Source of the DNA: Methanocella sp.
GTDB lineage: Archaea; Thermoproteota; Bathyarchaeia; Bathyarchaeales; Bathycorpusculaceae
Reading direction: 5' to 3'
NCBI GenBank assembly: GCA_050261115.1
Contig: JBLNCY010000010.1
Coordinates: forward strand, 113,757 to 177,756
Length of the DNA: 64,000 nucleotides
The position numbers and the translations under genes were made by a program. Positions 30,363-39,546 of this stretch are shown one piece after another; position 1 is the stretch's first letter, and each line of letters opens with the position of its first letter. Below the pieces are notes generated by a model. That model saw nothing but the letters and a program-made list of their open reading frames with translations, was not told the origin of the DNA and did not search any database.

Positions 30363-31980
30363 GTTTTACTGTGTCGGATTTATTTAACCAGTTCCTAGAT
30401 TTCACCACTTTCTTGCCCGCCACCTTGAACTGTAAGCAGTCCTCTTGTGGACACATCTCAACGCAACGCAGACAGTAGATGCACTGCGAGTTTGCCACGT
30501 CGCCGCCCTTCTTTTCATAGACATCCACGACTTGTGTTGGGCAGACGCGTTTGCAGATGCCGCATTTAGTGCATTTCTCCTCTACCTTATCTAGACGTAC
30601 CCCTGAGATCCACTTGAAGGGCGGGAACCGATTGAACAATGCGATCAAGCCGCCAAGCGGGCAGATCTGGCACCATGAGCGCCTAAAGAAAAAGGCTGCT
30701 ATTGAAACTATTGCGAGTATGATGAGGTTTGTTGCGGTTAGGTAGAAGCCTACTTCGAGGAATTGGCCGGTTGTGTTTTGCCAGAGCCATTCCATCCGCA
30801 TTAAACCAACACTGCTCTCTGCTAATAGGCAGAGGGGTTTCATGGGGCATACTTGGCAGAAGGGGGCTGCGAAGTAGGTGTTGATGTAGCCACCTTTTTC
30901 TGTGCCTGGGACAAGCTGGGTTCCAAGCAGCGTCTGAGAAGCAAAGGCTATGCTAAGGACAAGTATCAGCGCTAGTATAACGTAGCTTAATTGGTGGAGG
31001 TGCTGGCTAAATTTGTCAGAGACTTTTTTGCGTTTAATTCTTAGTGCCTTTCTTAGTCGTGTAAGGAGGTCTACGTATAATCCGAAGGGGCAGACCCAGC
31101 CGCAGAAGAATCTTCCCAGCACCACCGCGGCAAGGATTATGATCCCAAACACCACTGCCAATCGGGCTATGCCGTCGGAGAGGTAATGGACTCCCCAGCC
31201 GCCGCCCACGTCAAAGAAGGGGTAAATGTAGGTTTGGATCTGCCACAGTGCGCAAGTTACTGCTCTGCCACAGGGGTAGTAACATGCCAAGAAAGGTGCA
31301 GGTAACCCGTCTGGCATGTCCACGCCTAAGACGTTGGTTGCTATGTCTAGTTCGTGGGTTGCAAGCTGCGTGGCGGGTATGGGGTAATTGTAGTGATCGA
31401 TAAATATGCCAAAGAAAAGGATGAAAACTAAACCTACCTGCACAAATGTTCTGATCGCCGTTATTTTTCGGGTTTTATTTCGGGTCCCGAAATAGAAAAT
31501 AACCGAAGCCAAAGACAACAAAACGGCCGTTACAGCAAAAACCGACCAGTTTACTTTGTAATTTAATTCGACGCTTGGCGTTGGAGAGGGCGCAGTGGGG
31601 TTAGTGGGATCGGTGACTTCAGCAAAGAGGCGATCGCAAATGTGACCATCAATGGCAAAAATGTTCCAGTAACCTGCCATGTCAAGTTGCTGAGTTGAGG
31701 TAAAGTTACCCGATATGGGGTCGGTTGGCACGTACTGCTCGATGTAGGTGTAGTCGGGTCGCGTGTAGGCTACTCGGACGGTTTTGTTTTCTGCTGCGGG
31801 GCAGACTTCACCGGTTATGGTAACTGTTTCGTTTAGATATACTTGGGTGCGGTCAATGTCGGCGGTTATGTGCGGTCCATAGCAGGCCTCTGCAGCCCCA
31901 AGGAAAACTGTGCCTAGACAGACGGCGGCTAACACCAAAATGGCTACGCCTACGTGTATCTGCCGTCTAATTGCCAACAC
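30355..31980 (-). CDS. Membrane 4Fe-4S binding protein (NapH/MauN/NosR C-terminal type) with N-terminal extracellular beta domain
   Basis: GRFFCGWVCPFG, FCQVCP, WCQICPLG, CTKCGICKRVCP, CIYCLRCVEMCP; GTG 31980 preferred, frame open to 32112. Confidence 0.88.
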   Translation of the reverse strand: MLAIRRQIHVGVAILVLAAVCLGTVFLGAAEACYGPHITADIDRTQVYLNETVTITGEVCPAAENKTVRVAYTRPDYTYIEQYVPTDPISGNFTSTQQLDMAGYWNIFAIDGHICDRLFAEVTDPTNPTAPSPTPSVELNYKVNWSVFAVTAVLLSLASVIFYFGTRNKTRKITAIRTFVQVGLVFILFFGIFIDHYNYPIPATQLATHELDIATNVLGVDMPDGLPAPFLACYYPCGRAVTCALWQIQTYIYPFFDVGGGWGVHYLSDGIARLAVVFGIIILAAVVLGRFFCGWVCPFGLYVDLLTRLRKALRIKRKKVSDKFSQHLHQLSYVILALILVLSIAFASQTLLGTQLVPGTEKGGYINTYFAAPFCQVCPMKPLCLLAESSVGLMRMEWLWQNTTGQFLEVGFYLTATNLIILAIVSIAAFFFRRSWCQICPLGGLIALFNRFPPFKWISGVRLDKVEEKCTKCGICKRVCPTQVVDVYEKKGGDVANSQCIYCLRCVEMCPQEDCLQFKVAGKKVVKSRNWLNKSDTVKLE

Positions 31981-32204
31981 ACTCTCGCCTCTGCATACCG
32001 CACGATGGTTCATATATTTTTGCAAATAACCTCCTTGATTGCTGTCGGCTGCTGTTCTAGGCGTGGTTTGGGGTGATAAAGCGGTTTTGGTTAAGGTTTC
32101 TTGACTAACCAAATTCTAGCATGCCTCAAGGGTTGTTTGTGGGCGAAATCGTTGGTGTAGGGTTTAGCGAAGGTTAAAAGGTAATTGCGCCATAAGCCAA
32201 AGGT

Positions 32205-32489
32205 GTGGTTGAATTGGTTAAAACGCTAAATCTGCCCCTGCGCGTCTATGAAGACTTAACCCGTGTCTCCGAGGAACTTTCCCTTATGGCTAAAAAGCCC
32301 ATTTCGCAGTCCATGGCAATAGATTTGCTAATGGAAATATACCGTGCTCACTTAAGCAACCCCTGTGCGTTAGACACGTTTAGTCAGCAGATGCGCTCGC
32401 TGGATTTGATGTCGCCAGAAGAGTTTGACAAGTACTGGGATGACTCTCTTGAGACAAAAACCGATAAAATGCAGAAACCTGGGGCGTGA
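32205..32489 (+). CDS. Hypothetical protein, possible ribbon-helix-helix N-terminus
   Basis: KTLNLPLRVYEDL..S.S.AIDLL pattern. Confidence 0.6.
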   Translation: MVELVKTLNLPLRVYEDLTRVSEELSLMAKKPISQSMAIDLLMEIYRAHLSNPCALDTFSQQMRSLDLMSPEEFDKYWDDSLETKTDKMQKPGA

Positions 32490-32684
32490 TCTAGAAAACG
32501 TTAATTCAATAAATCAAGGGAGTTTACCTTGCCCGCTTTTCTGTAAATCTATGTGGCGGATTGCAAAGAACCCCAAAACACCCAATAAACCTTAGGTATC
32601 AAAAACAGTTACAGGTTCCCTAAGACTTGTCAATAAAAACCTCAATAGTAGAAAAGGTTTATTTCACCCTGTGCTGTTCTGATG

Positions 32685-32745
32685 AGAAATTGCAGACGGA
32701 CAATCCTGTCCGATGGGATGTGGCCGAAAGGCTGAACCGCAAACA
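32685..32745 (+). promoter_or_regulatory. Structured 5' leader of rpl15e (candidate eL15 ribosomal leader)
   Basis: Hairpins CGGACA-ATCC-TGTCCG and GGCC-GAAA-GGCT downstream of BRE/TATA-like GAAAAGGTTTATTT (32651-32664). Confidence 0.55.
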
Positions 32746-32768
32746 TATAACACAACAAGTGAAAAACC

Positions 32769-33386
32769 ATGGCATACAAATACATAGCCGAAGAATGGGC
32801 TCAACCGGAGCAAAGCTTCGTTGAAGACCTAATGCGCCAACGCCTAGTCCTATGGCGAAAACAACCCTCAACTGTGCGCATTGAAAACCCAACCAGACTC
32901 GACAGAGCAAGAAAACTTGGCTACAAAGCAAAACAGGGCTTTGTGGTTGCAAGAACCAAAGTCCGCAGAGGAGGACTTAGAAAACTCCGACCGAGGTCAG
33001 GCAGACGCCCAAAACGCATGGGTGTTAACAAATTTAAACCCGCAAAAAGCCTCCGCTTAATCGCTGAGGAAAGAACCGCAAAACACTTCCCGAACCTAGA
33101 AGTCCTCAACAGCTACTGGGTAGGCGAAGACGGTCGACACAAGTGGTTTGAAGTCATCTTGGTAGATAAACATGCACCAACCATCGTGACGGACAAAGAC
33201 ATAAACTGGATTGCGCAGCCACAACATACCAGTCGTGTGTTCCGCAGCTTGACCAGTGCAGGTAAAAGTGTTAGAGGTCTACGTCACCGCGGTGCAGGCG
33301 CAGAAAAAGTACGCCCAAGCCACCGAAAAGGTGCCAAGAAACACCACGGCAAGAAACGCCAGCGTAAGGGAGACGGGCCATACTAG
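32769..33386 (+). CDS. rpl15e: 50S ribosomal protein L15e
   Basis: [37 protein letters not shown]. Confidence 0.98.
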   Translation: MAYKYIAEEWAQPEQSFVEDLMRQRLVLWRKQPSTVRIENPTRLDRARKLGYKAKQGFVVARTKVRRGGLRKLRPRSGRRPKRMGVNKFKPAKSLRLIAEERTAKHFPNLEVLNSYWVGEDGRHKWFEVILVDKHAPTIVTDKDINWIAQPQHTSRVFRSLTSAGKSVRGLRHRGAGAEKVRPSHRKGAKKHHGKKRQRKGDGPY

Positions 33387-33584
33387 ATGCATCACATAAA
33401 ACCCACCATAACCTCCCAAAAAGGGAAACAGAAAACAGGCAAGGGCTTTAGCTTAAACGAGCTCAAAGCTGCCGGCGTCACCAAGCATCAAGCAAGGCTA
33501 GCTAGTTTACCTGTTGATGTACGCCGCAAAAGCACAAACGAAGCAAACGTTGATGCTATTAAGGCGCACATAAAGAAAGCATAG
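33387..33584 (+). CDS. rpl13e: 50S ribosomal protein L13e (short archaeal form)
   Basis: GKGFSLNELKAAG and VDVRRKS...NV signature. Confidence 0.9.
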   Translation: MHHIKPTITSQKGKQKTGKGFSLNELKAAGVTKHQARLASLPVDVRRKSTNEANVDAIKAHIKKA

Positions 33585-33721
33585 ACCCTAAACTTCCCAA
33601 GGCACTTTAGTGCCAACCTTTATTTTATTTGATTAAGTTGTAAGCTTGTTAGGGTTTCCTTGCTGAAGAAAACAAAACTTCTAAATGGCTCCACATAGAA
33701 ATAAACCGTAACGGGACGAGC

Positions 33722-34177
33722 ATGCCAAAACCAGCCGAGACAAAACCAGTGGGATACATTGACATACGGGTCTTTGCGCACGCAACAGAGAACCAAACCA
33801 AAGTTGAGACTGCAACAAAAAACCTGTTTCCTCCAGAACTAACCCAAGACCTTGTTTTCCAAAAAACCGCACTAACGGGTCACCACTCCAACCCCATAGT
33901 GATGTTAACCGCAAGACTCACAGACCGAAAACTACTCCCAGCCGCCTTAGAGAAATTAGGTGAACGATTAAGCTCACTAGACAAGGAGCAACTACAAAAT
34001 GACATCAAACTACACCTCGAGAAGGGCAACTTGTTCTTGCGGTTTGACAAACAAGCGGCATACTTAGGTCAACCCAAATTCACACAAAGCGATCCAATCC
34101 ACGTCAAAGTTCATTTTAGGGATAAAACCAACGATCAAGTTGTAGAGTTGGCTAAGCAATTTGGGTTGCTACTATGA
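33722..34177 (+). CDS. RNA-binding protein DUF54 (exosome/RNase P operon associated)
   Basis: HATE..KV, GHHSNPI, FLRFDKQAAY.G. Confidence 0.85.
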   Translation: MPKPAETKPVGYIDIRVFAHATENQTKVETATKNLFPPELTQDLVFQKTALTGHHSNPIVMLTARLTDRKLLPAALEKLGERLSSLDKEQLQNDIKLHLEKGNLFLRFDKQAAYLGQPKFTQSDPIHVKVHFRDKTNDQVVELAKQFGLLL

Positions 34178-34908
34178 AAAGATGTTTCTGCGATTTACAT
34201 TTGAGAGTAGACCCTAAAGAAACACAGGCAACTCAGCAAATCATAGAAAAAGCCGCAAAATTCGGCTATTCAAATATCAGCATTGCCTTCAGCCGCCAAA
34301 TCGATGAATCCCAAATCAGTAACCTTAAAGCAACCTGCAAACAAACTGGCCTAGACTTCGTTGTCCGCGCCGACTTTAAGCCCCGAAATCAAGAAGACCT
34401 CATGCGTTTCTTACGAAAGTTTCGCCGCAAACTCGAAGTAATCTGCATAATCTGTGAGGATAAAGAAATCGCGCGCAGCGCCGCCAAAGACAACCGTGTG
34501 GATCTTATAAATTTCCCAAACCTGGATTATCATAGACGCTTTTTTGATCGCGCAGAAGCCGAACTTGCTAGCTGTAGCCAAACTGCGCTTGAGATTGATG
34601 TGAAGTCGCTGCTTGTGTTGGAAGGGCCTCCGAGAGTTAGGCTTTTGTCGAGTTTACGGCGGGAGGTGGCTTTGGCAAAAGAGTTCAAGGTGCCTGTTGT
34701 TTTATCAAGTGGAGTAGGTGAGGCGCGGTTTCTGCGTATGCCTCGTGACTTGGCAAGTTTAGCTTACTTGTTTGGTTTAAATGAGGTTGAAGCGCTTGAT
34801 GCTGTTTCGGTTAATCCCCTGCGTATTGTTAGGGCTAATCGTGAGAAGCTTGGTTTATCGTTTGTTGCGCCTGGGATTCGTGTTGTCAAGGAGGGCAAGT
34901 CTGATTGA
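34174..34908 (+). CDS. rnp3: RNase P protein component 3 (Rpp30)
   Basis: DLH start, RVDLI, ALEID, VVLSSG...R.PRDL; operon context. Confidence 0.88.
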   Translation: MKRCFCDLHLRVDPKETQATQQIIEKAAKFGYSNISIAFSRQIDESQISNLKATCKQTGLDFVVRADFKPRNQEDLMRFLRKFRRKLEVICIICEDKEIARSAAKDNRVDLINFPNLDYHRRFFDRAEAELASCSQTALEIDVKSLLVLEGPPRVRLLSSLRREVALAKEFKVPVVLSSGVGEARFLRMPRDLASLAYLFGLNEVEALDAVSVNPLRIVRANREKLGLSFVAPGIRVVKEGKSD

Positions 34909-35219
34909 AGCGTGTTAAACGGCGTTATTTGGCGTTGCAGTTTGAGTCTGAACGGGTGCTTAGTGAACGTGAGTTTATGGATGTCCTTTGGGCTTCTGTT
35001 ACAAAGCTATATGGTGAGGTGGGGGCAAGTCTGACTGGTTTGTCGTTTATTAGCTGTGATGCTGAGCGGCGGATTTATGTTGTTAAGTGTTTGCTTGCTT
35101 GGTTGCCTCAGGTTCGGGCTTCTGTGGCTTGTGTGGTGTCGGTTGGTGGTGTGGCTGCTTCGGTTCATGTTTTGGGTGTTTCGGGTACGTTGAAGGCTTT
35201 GTTCTCAAAACTCCCGTAG
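34905..35219 (+). CDS. rnp2: RNase P protein component 2 (Pop5)
   Basis: KRRYL start, LYGEVG, GVSGTLKAL end. Confidence 0.9.
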   Translation: MKRVKRRYLALQFESERVLSEREFMDVLWASVTKLYGEVGASLTGLSFISCDAERRIYVVKCLLAWLPQVRASVACVVSVGGVAASVHVLGVSGTLKALFSKLP

Positions 35220-35220
35220 C

Positions 35221-35253
35221 TATGTAAAGTTTTTACTCAATTTATGTAAAGTT
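35221..35253 (+). promoter_or_regulatory. Direct repeat TATGTAAAGTT x2, candidate regulator sites
   Basis: Exact 11-mers at 35221-35231 and 35243-35253, 22 bp apart, upstream of the synthase gene. Confidence 0.5.
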
Positions 35254-35392
35254 CATTTGAAATTAAGTCGCTTATTATATTGGACAAACTTACAAAATGT
35301 GCATGGAAACCTTTATCAATTCCAGAGAAGCGTTAGTTAGCGTCACAAAAAAGCGAAAGTGCAAACAAAAACTGTACCGAGAAGAAACAAAA

Positions 35393-36622
35393 ATGGACAT
35401 AAAAGACTTCTTCTTCAAAACAAAACCCCTAAAAACCAACATAATAGTTGACGATACTACCCTAAGAGACGGCATCCAAATGCCCGGCTTAGCCGCAGGA
35501 CCAAGCGACGCCGCCAAAATCGCTAAGCTACTTTGCGACATAGGCGTCGAACGCATCGAGGTATTCCACTATCAAGAACCCGACAAACACGCCGCAAAAC
35601 TCATCCTAGACCAAAACCTGCCCCTAAGAGTCGCCGGCTGGTGCAGAGCCGTCAAAGAAGACATCGACAGCGCCGTAAAATGCGGTTTCAAAGAAGTCGG
35701 TATCTCTCATCCGGTATCCTACATTCACTTCGATGCCAAATGGCCCGAAAAAACATACGACCAAATCCTGGCTAACGTAGTTGAAGTCACCGAATATGCG
35801 GCTAAAACCCATGGCTTACGCACATTTGTCCATGGCGAAGACAGCACACGCGCGGATTGGGCGTTTGAGAAAAAATTCATCAACGCAGTCGCCGAGGCGG
35901 GCGCGGAATGTTACCGTATCTGTGACACTGTCGGCATCGGTTTACCCGACATAGATGCGCCCATGCCAAACGGTATACCTGCAAAAGTCAGAGCCATAAA
36001 AGAAGAAACCAAGATCCCTGCTATTGAAATTCATGCTCATGACGACTTTGGCAACGCTATCGGAAACACGATTGCTGCAATCCAAGCTGCAGACGGCTTA
36101 TACGACAAAGTCTATGTCAGCACAACTTTTCTGGGCATAGGTGAACGCGCGGGCAATGCAGAAACAGAAAAAGTTATCCTAAATCTCTATCTTCAGCGTG
36201 GCGTAACCAAGTTCGAGGGCAAAACCAGCAAGCTAAAAGCCGTCGCAAACTATATCGGTCAAGCAACCGGGTTTGTGGTGCCGCCAAACAAAGCCATCGT
36301 CGGCGATTACGGCTTTGCTCACGAGTCGGGTATACACACTCATGGTGTACTCAATAATCCATGGACTTATGAGCCCTACCCGCCTGAACTGGTGGGTAAC
36401 ACACGCAGACTGACCATCGGTAAGCAATCAGGTAAAGGCATTATAAAGCACAAAATTATGGAACTTACAGGCATGGAACCTGACGACGAGAAAGTGGCTG
36501 CCGCGGTTGAAATGATTAAGGGTATCTATGCAAGTGGACGGCGGGCTTCGCTAAAAGAGGATGAATTTAAAAAGTTGCTGCGTAGCCTAAAAGTTCTGCC
36601 TGAACCTAATGGTTGCCATTAA
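35393..36622 (+). CDS. DRE-TIM acetyl-CoA condensing enzyme (homocitrate/citramalate/Re-citrate synthase family), no C-terminal regulatory domain
   Basis: DDTTLRDGIQ, CDTVG, HAHDDFG, GIGERAGNA, NKAIVG..FAHESGIH, GKQSG. Confidence 0.88.
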   Translation: MDIKDFFFKTKPLKTNIIVDDTTLRDGIQMPGLAAGPSDAAKIAKLLCDIGVERIEVFHYQEPDKHAAKLILDQNLPLRVAGWCRAVKEDIDSAVKCGFKEVGISHPVSYIHFDAKWPEKTYDQILANVVEVTEYAAKTHGLRTFVHGEDSTRADWAFEKKFINAVAEAGAECYRICDTVGIGLPDIDAPMPNGIPAKVRAIKEETKIPAIEIHAHDDFGNAIGNTIAAIQAADGLYDKVYVSTTFLGIGERAGNAETEKVILNLYLQRGVTKFEGKTSKLKAVANYIGQATGFVVPPNKAIVGDYGFAHESGIHTHGVLNNPWTYEPYPPELVGNTRRLTIGKQSGKGIIKHKIMELTGMEPDDEKVAAAVEMIKGIYASGRRASLKEDEFKKLLRSLKVLPEPNGCH

Positions 36623-36931
36623 GGCATCCTTTGTTTTTTCATTTTTTGTGTTTGTTTACTGCTATTGGTTAGACTTTTTTGTGTTTTTTGGGGTGCTGGG
36701 TGGGGGTTGATGTTTGGCTATTTTTGGGGGGTTGTTTTGGGCAGGTGTGGGTTTGTTGTGGTTTTGTTTGTTAGGTTTTTGGACAAGCGCTAACTTTTTT
36801 CTGCGTGTGGTGTACATATATGCATGAAAGTGATTCATATATTTTCAAGTGGATACTCTTATATACGTCAACACGATATTTGTGCAGCTATTAATAAAAT
36901 AACTAAACAGTTGAGCAAAGAGGAAAATGAA

Positions 36932-38203
36932 ATGGCATCAGGAGATATTGCTTGGATAATAACCGCAACCGCATTAGTCATGTTAATGACACCCGCCCTA
37001 GGGTTCTTCTATGGGGGCCTAGTACGTAAAAAGAACCTAGTATCCACAATCGTACAATGCTTTGCAATATTTGCAGTCATAAGCATAGTGTGGGTACTAT
37101 GGGGATACAGCGTAGTCTTTGGCGAATCCTTCGGTGGATTCATCGGATTTAGCCCCTCCCTAGCCGGATTAAGCGGCCTAGATATACACACCATAAACCC
37201 AGCACTCACATCAGACATCCCCGAACTGCTATTCTTCGCATTCCAACTAAAATTCGCCGCCATCACCCCCGCCCTCATCATCGGTGCCTGCGCCGAACGC
37301 ATACGATTCAAATCCCTAATGATCTTCATGGTACTCTGGAGCACCCTGATCTACCTGCCAATCGCGCACTGGGTCTGGAACCCAAGCGGATGGCTACGTG
37401 GCTTAGGCGCAATCGACTTTGCAGGTGGCATAGTTGTCCACATTGCAGCCGGTGTCTCAGCGCTCGCAGCCGCCTTGGTGGTTGGGCAACGCCGATGTGG
37501 TGTAGTGCCCTGGAAGGATCACATGCAGGCGCTAGATCAGAAGAAAACTCCGCCGATGTTCAAGCCAACAAACGTACCCTATGTGTTGCTGGGTGCAGCT
37601 TTGCTGTGGTTTGGCTGGTTTGGCTTCAACGGAGGCAGTGCACTTGCAGCTAACGATTTAGCTGTCTCAGCCTTAGTCACCACAAACATTGCCGCGGCGG
37701 GTGCAGCAGTAAGCTGGATGCTCGCTGACTGGATACTCAAAGGTAAGCCAACCGCAACTGGCATAGCAATCGGCGCCGTCGTAGGCTTGGTTGCAATCAC
37801 GCCGGCAGCAGGCTTTGTCACTGTTCCATCCGCGCTAATCATCGGGTTGGCCGCAGGTGTGATATCCAACTTGGTGGCGAGCTGGCGTGCAGGACGCTCC
37901 CGAATCGATGACAGCTTAGACGTATTTGCATGTCACGGTGTCGGTGGTCTTTGGGGTTCCATTGCCACTGGTATCTTTGCGTCTGCAGCAGTCGGTGGCG
38001 TCGACGGTTTGATCTATGGAAACGTGGATCAATTCCTTGCCCAGTTAGCCGCAATAGCGGTTGTTGTGCCGTTCGCGTTCGTGGGCTCGTATGTGCTGCT
38101 TAAAGTCATAAACAAGGTTTCGCCGATACGTGTCGATCCAGCCGCTGAAGATGCCGGCTTGGACTTAAGCGAACACGGCGAAGAAGCCTACCAACTCGAC
38201 TAA
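36932..38203 (+). CDS. amt: Ammonium transporter
   Basis: FFYGGLVR.KN, AERIRF, DFAGGIVVH, LWFGWFGFNGGS, DDSLDVFACHG, GLDLSEHGEEAY. Confidence 0.97.
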   Translation: MASGDIAWIITATALVMLMTPALGFFYGGLVRKKNLVSTIVQCFAIFAVISIVWVLWGYSVVFGESFGGFIGFSPSLAGLSGLDIHTINPALTSDIPELLFFAFQLKFAAITPALIIGACAERIRFKSLMIFMVLWSTLIYLPIAHWVWNPSGWLRGLGAIDFAGGIVVHIAAGVSALAAALVVGQRRCGVVPWKDHMQALDQKKTPPMFKPTNVPYVLLGAALLWFGWFGFNGGSALAANDLAVSALVTTNIAAAGAAVSWMLADWILKGKPTATGIAIGAVVGLVAITPAAGFVTVPSALIIGLAAGVISNLVASWRAGRSRIDDSLDVFACHGVGGLWGSIATGIFASAAVGGVDGLIYGNVDQFLAQLAAIAVVVPFAFVGSYVLLKVINKVSPIRVDPAAEDAGLDLSEHGEEAYQLD

Positions 38204-38366
38204 CAATGCAGCCATAAGCTGTCCCCTTTTCTATTTTTTTAAGCATCCGTCTTGTGTCTAGTTGTCTTTGTGTGTTGTGGTTGCTTTCGGTAATCACGTA
38301 TGGATAATAACCGAACCATTGATGGTACTTTTGTAAAATAAGACTGCTTTAGAAGGAGGAAAATCA

Positions 38367-38537
38367 ATGGCAAAACAGTTAACAAAGTGCCCTGGTTGTG
38401 GTGCTCAATTTGAAAGCTACGATCAATTGATAGATCACGTAGTAAAAGTCCATGACATCACTTGTCAGGTTTGCGGTGCCAAGCTGGGCTCAAAAGAGGA
38501 ACTCTTAGCGCATAACAGAGAAAAGCACGGGATCTAA
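38367..38537 (+). CDS. 56-aa protein with two tandem C2H2 zinc fingers (not in ORF track)
   Basis: MAKQLTKCPGCGAQFESYDQLIDHVVKVHDITCQVCGAKLGSKEELLAHNREKHGI; AGGAGG upstream. Confidence 0.88.
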   Translation: MAKQLTKCPGCGAQFESYDQLIDHVVKVHDITCQVCGAKLGSKEELLAHNREKHGI

Positions 38538-38541
38538 GTCT

Positions 38542-38602
38542 CAGTTGCTTTGTCGAGAGATCCCCTCTCTTATATATAGACTCAGCCCCCGCACGCCATA
38601 GC
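38542..38602 (-). repeat. Dispersed intergenic repeat, copy E (right part)
   Basis: Minus strand reads GGGGCTGAGTCTATATATAAGAGAGGGGATCTCTCGACAAAGCAACTG; between convergent genes. Confidence 0.75.
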
Positions 38603-38632
38603 AAGCAAACGGATCATTCATAAGAAGGGCTG

Positions 38633-39487
38633 CTAAGGGGTGGCTGATGGTTTTTTCTGGGCGTCCTTTACTTCATAGACGATGTTACTGCCAGATTTCA
38701 TGTTGATGTCGTCGATTTCTTCTATCATTCGGTTAACCATTCTTCCCACGACGAGCACAAATACGTTGAGTCCTCTTGAGGCGGCGATTGCAGCGGAATG
38801 GCTTATGCCGAATTCTATGTCGGGGCTGTAGTTGAGTTTGTTGAGTACGGCTCTGCCTACTGCGCCCATTACGCCGATCCTGTCAGGTTTGAATTTTTCA
38901 ATGTAGCTTTTTATTTTTGTTAGGTCTGTGGCTCGGGAGCCGCCCTTTCGGATGCTAGGCACCTTAACGATGAGAATCCTACCATGTTTAACGTTCACCC
39001 TTCCCTGTATGTTCTTTAATCCCAGGTCTTCTCCTGCTTTGGCATCGGTCAGCGCAGTGCCTTTTGCTTCTGCCTCCGGGCTGTCTATGGGTACAGTGTA
39101 CATGATACCTTCTTTCATTATCAATCCGACTTCTTCGCCGGCTTTGACTGGTGCTGTGGCTATGGCGGGCCAGGCGTGTTCGATTTTTAGGTCTTTTTTG
39201 ATTTCGTTAAGGTAGCTTTCGAGGCCTCGTATGTCTTCTTGGAGCTTCATTAGGCCTTTGGGGGTGACGCGGTAGTCGGCTCGTTCGCTGCCTGCTTCGA
39301 TGTAGCCTTCGCGGGCGAGTTTTTTGAAGTACTTTGAGATGGCTTGGATGGTTATGCCTAGTTTGTCGCTGATGTCTTTTTGTTTTATGTGCGGTTGGTT
39401 GCGCATGATTTCGAATAGAATTTGGAATCTGGTGAATTCGCCCTTGTTTGATAGGAGTTTTTGTTGTTGCTTCGACAGTTTTTGCAA
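38633..39487 (-). CDS. MarR-like winged-helix transcriptional regulator with C-terminal domain (archaeal COG1497-like)
   Basis: QKDISDKLGITIQAISKYFKKL..EGYI...YRVTPKG; lies at end of cbi operon. Confidence 0.85.
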   Translation of the reverse strand: MQKLSKQQQKLLSNKGEFTRFQILFEIMRNQPHIKQKDISDKLGITIQAISKYFKKLAREGYIEAGSERADYRVTPKGLMKLQEDIRGLESYLNEIKKDLKIEHAWPAIATAPVKAGEEVGLIMKEGIMYTVPIDSPEAEAKGTALTDAKAGEDLGLKNIQGRVNVKHGRILIVKVPSIRKGGSRATDLTKIKSYIEKFKPDRIGVMGAVGRAVLNKLNYSPDIEFGISHSAAIAASRGLNVFVLVVGRMVNRMIEEIDDINMKSGSNIVYEVKDAQKKPSATP

Positions 39488-39546
39488 CCCCAGTTTATTT
39501 AAGTTAAACTTGCGTTTATTAACTATTTCTCAGGCTAAAAAGCGCC

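Noticed and set aside
32678-32735. TGATGA...CTGA as a C/D box sRNA, or CTGATGA...GAAA as a hammerhead ribozyme
   Set aside because: The putative box C falls at or before the likely TSS, internal C'/D' boxes are poor, and hammerhead stem II cannot form; a leader explains it better.
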